A DNA stretch of 64,000 nucleotides from Clostridiales bacterium (lineage in GTDB: Bacteria; Bacillota; Clostridia; TANB77; CAG-508). How positions within the stretch are numbered: position 1 is the first letter of the stretch; the number at the start of each line of letters is the position of its first letter. The notes under the pieces are model-generated. The model was not told where the DNA came from. It saw only the letters and a program-made list of their open reading frames with translations, and did no database searches. The position numbers were made by a program, and so were the translations under genes. Positions 1 through 7,547 of this stretch are shown here, in pieces. The stretch spans positions 8,186-72,185 of the forward strand of contig SFKS01000001.1 of the NCBI GenBank assembly GCA_004554705.1, read 5' to 3'.

Positions 1-1
1 G

Positions 2-409
2 GATCCTGCTGCATTACATAAGCCAAAAAGATTTTTTGGTGCAGCAAGAAATACTGAAGATGCAGGAAGTTTGACTATCTTAGCAACCGCACTTGTAGAA
101 ACAGGAAGTAGAATGGATGATGTTATATTTGAAGAGTTTAAAGGAACAGGTAATATGGAGGTTCACCTAGATAGAGCTTTATCAGAAAAACGTATATTCC
201 CTGCAATTGATATAAACAAATCTGGAACAAGAAAAGAAGAACTGTTGCTTTCAAAAGAAGAACTAGAAACAATATTTGCTTTAAGAAAAACAATGTCAAA
301 TATGAATACACAAGAAATGACTGAACAAATTATGGAACAAATTGTAACAACAAAATCAAATGCAGAATTTTTAGAAAGAGTAAATATATTTTTAAAAAAT
401 AATAAATAG
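2..409 (+). CDS. rho: Transcription termination factor Rho, C-terminal part (5' end cut by the window edge)
   Basis: The frame is open from position 2. The translation ...[70 protein letters not shown]... matches the conserved Rho ATPase C-terminus. Confidence 0.9.
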   Translation, partial: DPAALHKPKRFFGAARNTEDAGSLTILATALVETGSRMDDVIFEEFKGTGNMEVHLDRALSEKRIFPAIDINKSGTRKEELLLSKEELETIFALRKTMSNMNTQEMTEQIMEQIVTTKSNAEFLERVNIFLKNNK

Positions 410-435
410 ATTAGCGAAATTATACTTGTAAGTGA

Positions 436-478
436 GTAGGGAGAGGAGAAAACAATACAAAACTTCTCTACTTGTTTA
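436..478 (+). terminator. Imperfect stem-loop GTAGGGAGAGGAG...CTTCTCTAC just downstream of the rho stop; candidate rho terminator
   Basis: An inverted repeat is seen 27 nt after the rho stop codon. The stem is imperfect and the U-tract is weak. Confidence 0.35.
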
Positions 479-644
479 CAATGCAACATTGCACAAAATC
501 AAAGTTTTGTGCAAAAAGGAATAGGAGTCAAAAAGAAAGTACCCATTTCAAGTACCTCCTCTCAAAATCAGCTATTCCTTGCTATTAGCTTATTTCAGCT
601 ATATTTTATAGACAATAAACTACATTACTTTTATATAAAAACTC

Positions 645-991
645 CTTAAAATCGATTCTGGAGCTTCAATATTTTGTGTTATGCCTGGTTGGATTTTTTT
701 TCATTATTGTAACTACATTTTTAAAAAAATTTTATATAACTTTAGATTATTTTATCAAAATTTCCTAAATCCTTAATTTTAAGTATTTTGCTTAATTTTT
801 TATCGATTCTCGTGCGTCGTTTTTTTAGCCATTTTTCAGCATTTTTAAAAAGTGCCTAAAATTAAGCATTTCTATAAGAATTACATTATAATTATTATAT
901 TTTATAAATTGAACATTAAAATTCAAACATATAACTTGTTAGATAAAATATTAAAATGCCTTAAAATTGATTTTGGTGCGTCTATAATATG
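645..991. repeat. Three to four degenerate ~30-bp direct repeats (consensus CCTTAAAATYGATTYTGGWGCKTCWATAWT) at ~157-bp spacing in an ORF-free region
   Basis: Full copies sit at 645-674, 796-819 and 958-991, with a shorter related copy at 854-882. The copies are about 75-85% identical. No ORF longer than 60 aa is present in 420-1168 on the + strand. Confidence 0.6.
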
Positions 992-1168
992 AAATTATAT
1001 ATTTGTTTTTCTTAATTTTAATGCTTCTAACATATAATTATCACCACCTTTTAAAATACAAATTACTATTTTATCTCTAATTCATATGTATAAAAAATCA
1101 AAAAAATTATACATGTTTTCAAAATATGTATAATTTTTTATGAATTTTGACAACTTACTATTTATCGT

Positions 1169-2239
1169 TTAATAATTTATTTTTACAATCCATTCTCCAT
1201 TTTTCTTTGAGTTTATTCTTTCTATCAATCCTTTTTCTTGCATTTCTCCCATATATTTTTTAACAGTTCTTAATGATTTGTTAATTTTATTGGCGATTTC
1301 TTCTTGAGTTATAGAAGGTTTTGCCTTAAGTATATTAATAATTGCCTGTTCTTCCAAAGTACAATTATTTACTTTTAAATCATCCTTATTTTCATCTTGA
1401 ATATAGTCGATATGTGTATATCTGTTTTTTAATTTATTATTACTACCTGTAAGTAAATTATAAAAAAATTTTTCTAAATATGATATATCTTCAAAAATGT
1501 TTTTTTCAAAGTTTTTGTAATTAGCTCTTACTAATGAATTTCTAAAATACCATGAATTATCTGCAAAAACTTCATCATTGATATTAAACCCAAATGTTCT
1601 TAAATATTTTATTATAAACACTGCTGTAGTTCTTGTGTTGCCTTCACAAAATGGATGTACTTGCCATATGTTTGAAGTAAATCTACATAAATGTTTTATT
1701 GACTCTTCTAACCCTAGATCTTTATATGAAAAATTTCTTTCTTGTTCAAAATCATACTCAATAGTATCTTTTATTGTTTCATATGATGAATATATTACTG
1801 TATCTCCATTTAATACCCATTCTTTTTTTGTAAAATTATAATCTCTATATTTTCCTGCTGTCCTTAATATTCCTGTAAATAATCGTTTATGAATATTTAA
1901 CAATTCTGTTATAGAAAAGTTAAATGCTTTTTCACTTAATATTTCTGTTATTCTAGTAGCTACCTTATCTGCTTCTTCACTTTCTTGTTCAAAATCTTTT
2001 CTGCTATTTTGTACTTCATAATACTCATTTATTCTTTTTTTTACTTCTTCTATATTAATTTTTCCTTCAATATGTTCTTTTGCTGTTTTTATTAGATATT
2101 TTGATGGTTTTAATCCATCTACATCTTGAAGTCCTATTGCTGTTTCCCACACTTTTGTTTTTTCTACTTGAGTTGGCTCGCCTTGTTTAATATATTCAGA
2201 TAATTCTAAATTCCAATCTTTTTTCTTATCCATAACCAA
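1169..2239 (-). CDS. Fic/DOC family protein with a C-terminal winged-helix DNA-binding domain; the Fic motif is noncanonical (HPFCEGNTRTTA)
   Basis: The Fic core motif HPFxEGN is present, but T replaces the second G and A replaces the final R of the canonical HxFx(D/E)GNGRxxR. The C-terminal ~70 aa resemble a MarR/wHTH fold (…LRTVKKYMGEMQEKGLIERI…). Confidence 0.8.
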   Translation of the reverse strand: MVMDKKKDWNLELSEYIKQGEPTQVEKTKVWETAIGLQDVDGLKPSKYLIKTAKEHIEGKINIEEVKKRINEYYEVQNSRKDFEQESEEADKVATRITEILSEKAFNFSITELLNIHKRLFTGILRTAGKYRDYNFTKKEWVLNGDTVIYSSYETIKDTIEYDFEQERNFSYKDLGLEESIKHLCRFTSNIWQVHPFCEGNTRTTAVFIIKYLRTFGFNINDEVFADNSWYFRNSLVRANYKNFEKNIFEDISYLEKFFYNLLTGSNNKLKNRYTHIDYIQDENKDDLKVNNCTLEEQAIINILKAKPSITQEEIANKINKSLRTVKKYMGEMQEKGLIERINSKKNGEWIVKINY

Positions 2240-2288
2240 ACCTCCTACAAATATAATTATACCATAATTTCAATATAATATCAAATTT

Positions 2289-2331
2289 AAAGTGCAAGTT
2301 TTGCACTTTATTTTTAAAAACATTGCACTTT
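2289..2331. promoter_or_regulatory. Perfect palindrome AAAGTGCAA-gtt-TTGCACTTT plus a third TTGCACTTT half-site 22 bp downstream, in the fic upstream region; putative operator
   Basis: The palindrome sits 50-90 bp upstream of the fic start. The same half-site recurs at 4087-4128 and 5503-5544. Confidence 0.5.
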
Positions 2332-2442
2332 AAAATATTTGTTCTAATTTATTATATAATATTCCCGTATATACTTCATATCCTCTTCTTAGTAATTCAA
2401 TTGCAACCATATTCTCATATCTTAATGACGTTCTATTAGATA

Positions 2443-3273
2443 TTAATAAATTGAAATATCCTTAACTTCTTGTTCTACTCCTGTTAAATCTAGTTTTCCA
2501 TTCATTCCATTAAATACGATAGGAAATGTTTCTTCAAAACCATTACATTCAAATTTTATACACAATTCTGGTGTAGTTGTTTCTGCTAAATAGTTATCTA
2601 AGATAATAAATGGAGTTGTATAATTTTTAATTAAAGTGTTATCTAATTCTAATTCTCCTTGTTCATTTATAAAACAACTATATAAAGTTATTTTCACATC
2701 TTCTGATTTTGGAATTATTACAAAGCGATTTCCTATTTCCTTTTCTCTACTATCAGCTGATCTATAATCTAATACTTCTAAATTATTATATGTATAATTA
2801 TTGTGAAAATTATTATGTATGAATTCATCAATATTACTATCTAATACATAACCTATTGCTAAACATTGATTATCATTGAAATTTATAGTTGTTCCATTTG
2901 TTGTATTAACTTCTACAGCTTTACCCTCAAGAAAATCTACTACATCTCCAGAAATAGTATCTAATGCATAACCTGTTTCATCATCAAATCTATAATGAGC
3001 AACTTCTTCATCATTCTCATCATAGACAATTGCTATAAATTCACTGCTTTCGTAATAGCAATAAATATCTTCTGGATCACAATTGTGATATTGACTTATT
3101 TTTTCTTGCCACCCTCTTACAGTCATACATTTAAATTCTACTGAATCTTCATATATCATTCCGTCTTTATCTGGAACAAACATAAAACATTTAACATAAA
3201 TTATTGCACATATTACACATATCGCTATTCCTATTAAAATACCAATTATCACTTTTTTCATTTTAGCCCTCAT
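2443..3273 (-). CDS. Hypothetical membrane-anchored protein (N-terminal TM/signal anchor, Cys-containing extracytoplasmic domain)
   Basis: The 276-aa ORF has the hydrophobic N-terminus KKVIIGILIGIAICVICAIIYV. No recognisable catalytic motif was found. Confidence 0.5.
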   Translation of the reverse strand: MRAKMKKVIIGILIGIAICVICAIIYVKCFMFVPDKDGMIYEDSVEFKCMTVRGWQEKISQYHNCDPEDIYCYYESSEFIAIVYDENDEEVAHYRFDDETGYALDTISGDVVDFLEGKAVEVNTTNGTTINFNDNQCLAIGYVLDSNIDEFIHNNFHNNYTYNNLEVLDYRSADSREKEIGNRFVIIPKSEDVKITLYSCFINEQGELELDNTLIKNYTTPFIILDNYLAETTTPELCIKFECNGFEETFPIVFNGMNGKLDLTGVEQEVKDISIY

Positions 3274-3295
3274 TTTCTTTTAATCTTTATTGTAT

Positions 3296-3341
3296 AAAAA
3301 GGAATAAAGAATCATTGCTAAAAGTGTCTTTATTCCTTTTT
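3296..3341 (-). terminator. Rho-independent terminator (AAAAAGGAATAAAGA ... TCTTTATTCCTTTTT)
   Basis: A 15-bp stem is flanked by an A-run and a T-run, directly after the stop codon of the 3347-3877 gene. Confidence 0.6.
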
Positions 3342-3346
3342 ATATA

Positions 3347-3877
3347 TTATTCAACTGAAAATGTTAAAGTATTTAATATATTTTGAACAACTTCTGAATC
3401 AAATGCTGCTTTTACTTCTTCTTGATTTGATGACATAATGTCTTTTGAATAAACACATAATGATGCATATACAGTATCTGATACAGGCAATACAACTTTA
3501 TATGTATCATATCCAGCATAATAATAAGAGAATCCATTAATTCCATTATATGTCACTTCTTTATATTCTTCATCATCTTTATGTTCTTCTTTTAAATTAT
3601 TTATATTTTCGCCACTCCAAAATTTATCAAATTGAATTGTAATGTTAAAAGTATCTCCTTTTAATATTGCATCATTACGAGATGTTCTAAAATCCTCTTC
3701 GTTAGTTGACAAAGTATAATTAGCTCCTTCTTCAAAACTTAAATTTATTGTTGCTTTTGTATCTTCATCATCCTTAAATGAAACTGTTTCAAGTTTTCCT
3801 TTTCCACATCCTGTTAAAGCAACTACGCTCATTGCTAAAATAGCAAAAATTAATATTATTGAAACTATTTTTTTCAT
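3347..3877 (-). CDS. Putative lipoprotein
   Basis: Signal peptide with lipobox ...VVALTGC; 176 aa with no conserved domain recognised. Confidence 0.55.
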   Translation of the reverse strand: MKKIVSIILIFAILAMSVVALTGCGKGKLETVSFKDDEDTKATINLSFEEGANYTLSTNEEDFRTSRNDAILKGDTFNITIQFDKFWSGENINNLKEEHKDDEEYKEVTYNGINGFSYYYAGYDTYKVVLPVSDTVYASLCVYSKDIMSSNQEEVKAAFDSEVVQNILNTLTFSVE

Positions 3878-4080
3878 ATTTTCCTCCTTTCCAATTATAT
3901 TATTTATATCAAATTTTTTTGAATTTGAATAACTACTTACTGTGTGTCTATTTTCTCTTTCAATTCTGAAATTTAATAGTTTTTTTCTTCTACATATCTA
4001 TCCTTTCTTAAGATATTACATATTTTAAATTTTGTTTCACTTTTTTTATAATTCTATTATATATTTTTTAAAAAGACATC

Positions 4081-4133
4081 GTCCCTGAGGTGCAAATTTT
4101 TGACTTTTTTTGCCCCAAAAGTGCAAATTTTGT
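4081..4133 (+). repeat. Copy A of a ~50-bp repeated element carrying two AAAGTGCAAAT-like half-sites 31 bp apart
   Basis: Sequence gtccctgaGGTGCAAATttttgactttttttgccccaAAAGTGCAAATttt. It is about 90% identical to copy B at 5495-5547. Confidence 0.7.
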
Positions 4134-4166
4134 TAATGCTCAGTAGTTCTAATTAAAATTGTATAA

Positions 4167-4209
4167 AATATTGTAGGGGCGCCCTTTGGGCGTCCCTACA
4201 ATATTTTAT
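4167..4209. terminator. Strong GC-clamped hairpin AATATTGTAGGGGCGCCC-ttt-GGGCGTCCCTACAATATT followed by a T-run
   Basis: The palindrome has 18-nt arms. A GC-rich core is unusual in this AT-rich intergenic DNA. It lies between divergent genes, so it is not an ordinary gene-end terminator. Confidence 0.55.
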
Positions 4210-4293
4210 GACCTACTAAACATTAACCAATTTTTTATATTGTCTTTTATTTTTCTCTATTTTGTGATAAACTAGATGTATCGTTGATAGGAG

Positions 4294-4938
4294 GTGTTTT
4301 TTTTGTATAATATTATTGTAATAGATGATCATCAAATGTTGAGAGATATGATTTCCGAAACATTAAGTGCCCAAGATGATTTAAATGTTGTTGCAACTTC
4401 TGGAAATGCTAAAGATTCTCTTGAGCTATGTAAAAAATTGAATCCAGATTTAGTATTAATGGATGTGTGTACTGAAAATAATTCAAATGGAATTGCATAT
4501 TCTAAACTTTTAAAAAAACAGTTTCCTAATGTAAAAGTTATTATTATGACAGGTATTTTGGATTTGAATTTTATAAATGATGCAAAAGAGGCTGGAGTTG
4601 ATAGTTTTATATACAAAAATATTAGTAAAGACTCGCTTATTATGACTATAAAAAATACTTTAGATGGATATTCTATGTATCCTAATGATAAAAATAATTT
4701 GTCAAAAGATAATATATTATCTAATTTAACAGATTCTGAATTAAAAGTTTTAACTTTATACTGCAAATTATTAGATAGAGATGAAGTAGCAAATAAACTT
4801 GGAATATCTGCAAGGACACTAAAATCTCATATTTCATCTATTTATGCAAAAACAGGTTATGACAATTTAGCTAAACTTTCTGTTTATTGCGTATCTAATG
4901 GTTTAATTGTTCCTAACCTTGAATCACCTGAAGAATAA
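4294..4938 (+). CDS. Orphan NarL/LuxR (FixJ) family response regulator; the likely true start is TTG at 4303
   Basis: The receiver domain has DD at the N-terminus, the LVLMDV phospho-acceptor Asp, a conserved T, and K in SFIYK. The C-terminus carries a LuxR-type HTH (SELKVLTLYCKLLDRDEVANKLGISARTLKSHISSIYAKTG). The RBS AGGAGGTG lies 6 nt before TTG at 4303. No histidine kinase is adjacent. Confidence 0.8.
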   Translation: MFFLYNIIVIDDHQMLRDMISETLSAQDDLNVVATSGNAKDSLELCKKLNPDLVLMDVCTENNSNGIAYSKLLKKQFPNVKVIIMTGILDLNFINDAKEAGVDSFIYKNISKDSLIMTIKNTLDGYSMYPNDKNNLSKDNILSNLTDSELKVLTLYCKLLDRDEVANKLGISARTLKSHISSIYAKTGYDNLAKLSVYCVSNGLIVPNLESPEE

Positions 4939-4972
4939 AATAACTGCTATTTCTAGCAGTTATTATTTTTTC
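4939..4972. terminator. Bidirectional rho-independent terminator (AATAACTGCTA-tttc-TAGCAGTTATT + T-run) between convergent genes
   Basis: A perfect 11-bp stem overlaps the stop codon of the minus-strand gene. U-tracts are present on both strands. Confidence 0.7.
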
Positions 4973-5448
4973 TTATTAAATATCTTTTCTAAAAAATCAC
5001 GAATACTGTTAATCTTGTTTCTTCTTATTGTGTAATCAGCATAAGTTCCTTCTTCTATCATCCTTTCACGATTTTTCGTTAACATATCATCTCTTTTGTC
5101 ATTTATAATCCTATTAGCAGTATCTTTTAAAGTGTCTTTAGCTATTTCTGCTCTGTTTTCATATAAGATATCCTTAGCAATTTTTACAGACTGTTTTTTT
5201 TCTTCTTTTGTCATTTTTTTTGCTTTTGGTGTGCATTTTGATACTAGCGTATTAAATCGGTTTAACAATTCTGATGTAGAAAATTGCTGTTCAAATTCTG
5301 AAGCACTACTACATTTCTCACCTAAAGCCTGTGTATCTTTAATAAACATATCCATTTCTGATTTTAAATCATCTGGAACAGAAAAATAATCTTCAAAAAA
5401 GTTAATTTTTGCATCTACACAATTTTTTACTTCATCTAACATAAGCAT
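4963..5448 (-). CDS. Hypothetical protein (161 aa, charged/helical); the likely start is Met3 at 5442
   Basis: This is an ORF call only. The RBS GAAAGGAG is 7 nt from the second ATG. Repeat copy B lies in its promoter region. Confidence 0.5.
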   Translation of the reverse strand: MLMLDEVKNCVDAKINFFEDYFSVPDDLKSEMDMFIKDTQALGEKCSSASEFEQQFSTSELLNRFNTLVSKCTPKAKKMTKEEKKQSVKIAKDILYENRAEIAKDTLKDTANRIINDKRDDMLTKNRERMIEEGTYADYTIRRNKINSIRDFLEKIFNKKK

Positions 5449-5494
5449 ACTCCTTTCATTATTACATTATACCATTATATTATTTCTTTTTGCA

Positions 5495-5547
5495 TTGTCC
5501 TTAAAGTGCAAATTTTTACTTTTTCTTGCCCCAAAAGTGCAAATTTA
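5495..5547 (+). repeat. Copy B of the ~50-bp AAAGTGCAAAT-bearing element
   Basis: Sequence gtccttaAAGTGCAAATttttactttttcttgccccaAAAGTGCAAATtta. It sits 50-100 bp upstream of the 4963-5448 gene start. Confidence 0.7.
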
Positions 5548-5828
5548 AATATTGTTGTAATACAGAAAGATTTTGCCCTAGTAAATCGTGATATTTATTT
5601 TTTATTTTAAGTAGGTTTTTCTCTTTTTCTAGTTTTTCTATATTTTCTATACTTGTTACTAGTTCTGTATTATTAAGTTTTATTTTTTCATTTTGTTCAT
5701 CTAATTCTTTTTTTAAGCAATATTCTTCTGTTATATCAAATGCTATTACTTCATTTTGGTTAATAATAAATAGGTAATATTTTTACTACTTTGTCAACAG
5801 TCTGAAATATAATTATTTAATATCTTTT

Positions 5829-7413
5829 TTATCTAGATTTTGGTCCTTCGCCAATAGTTGTATCTACATTATATAAAAGTGGTTCATAAACTGTTCCTAC
5901 AAACCAAATAGTTCCATCTTCTTTGTCTCTTATTAAAAACATATATGGTTTATCAAAAGTTAAATCGATTTCTTCTACAGGTACATCGTATAAATAGTCA
6001 AAAAAGCTTCCTGCTCCTGCTCCACCTATCCATGTTGCTGCTGCTGCTTTTATACCATCTTGTGTAAATTCTATATTTGCTTTGTGACCAGCGTCTGTTA
6101 TATATGTATCCTTGTCATCACAAATTCCAGTTAAATTTGCTTTCCCTTCTTCAAAAATATTAGTTATTCCTAATTGTTGTAGGTCTTTTTTTAGGTTTAG
6201 TTCATATTCAAATTTAAATTTTGGAATATATCCTGTAATTTTTGTTACTACTCCAGATTTAAAATTTTCTACTTTTAAATCCTTTAGTTTATTTATTATA
6301 TTATCTATTTCTGCTTTATCTATATTTTTAATATAGTTATCTAAATCCTCTGTTGTTGGCATTATACCAATATATTGTAATGTTGTTCCATTGTATTCCT
6401 TTAAATCCTTTGCAAATACTTTGATGTTATTATCTACATATATAGAAAAATCTGTGGTATAATCTACTCTCTTATAATTTGAGTTTATTGCTGGAATATA
6501 TGTTTCTAAATATTTATTTGCTTCTTCTTCTATATTACTATCTGTTAAATCTTTATTACAATACTGCTTAAACTCTTCTTCACTTATACTTTTTGCCCAT
6601 TTTTTAAATTCGTTTTTCACGGTTTCTCTTATATTTGCTTCACCTATTTCTTTAACTATATCATAGTTATTTATAGATGCTATAATTTCCATACCTGAAA
6701 CCTTTTGAGAGTTTTCACCAAATTTATGTTCCGTAGGGTTTTCTGGTCCTACCCAGTAAAATTTTTCGTGTTCATAGAAACATTCTACCGGGCGTCCGGG
6801 TTTTTATAAATTTATCTTCCCAGTCCATATCTATTGCTAGTGCATTTATCAACATAAAGACCGTATTCTTGTCAACTTCTTCAAATAAGTCCTTAATTAA
6901 ATTTAATGTTTTATTGCTTACCCAAGAGTTAAGATTTTCTGGGCTTGAGAAAGAATCAACTTTAACTTCAGCGTTATATTTGGTTTTTAATGTACTTATA
7001 TAACTATTTTTAATTTTATTTTCATATGAATCCTTTGCAAATAATGCATTGGCAAAAGCCATATTGCTATTTGAGTTGTATTTTTTTAAGGTTTCATTTC
7101 CTAGTACATTAGAAATTTGTAACTTTGATTCACCTTCTGTGCCTTCTTCTAGCATTTTTAATGCATATTTTATTGATAGTGGACTATAAATCTTGTTTGC
7201 TTTTTGATTCTCCATCTTTAAAAACTTAATATCAAAATTTGAAGTATCTCCTTTTATGGTTTCTTTGTTCTCACTCTCATTTTTAGGTGGATTTGCTAAT
7301 ATGTCAGTATTTGTTGTTTTGTTGTTACATCCTGTTAATAAGATAGTCATTAGCAATACCAATGCTGTAATTAAAATTTTTTCAAAAAATTTCTTCATTC
7401 TAAATTCCTCCAA
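5829..7413 (-). pseudogene. Serpin (serine protease inhibitor) lipoprotein gene disrupted by a frameshift near 6786-6803
   Basis: The N-terminal ORF 6772-7413 has a lipoprotein signal (LLTGC) and serpin N-terminal motifs (KIYSPLSIKYALKML, NSWVSNKT, VFMLINALAIDMDWEDKF). The C-terminal ORF 5829-6692 has a serpin reactive-centre-loop/hinge (GIKAAAATWIGGAGAG) and C-terminal signature (FDKPYMFLIRDKEDGTIWFVGTVYEP). The two ORFs join in one reading frame across a single-base shift at the GC-rich site CCCGGACGCCCGG. Confidence 0.75.
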
Positions 7414-7547
7414 TTATTTTTATAAATTTAAACTATAGTTAAATTTTATATTATATGTATTTTTTTGTCAATAAAAAGCAAAAAATTTTAAATAATTTTA
7501 AAAAAGTATTTTAAAATTATAAATTATATTATATAAATATATATGAG

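Noticed and set aside
645-991. CRISPR array
   Set aside because: The repeats are degenerate (75-85% identical), about 157 bp apart and not separated by unique short spacers. No cas genes are present.
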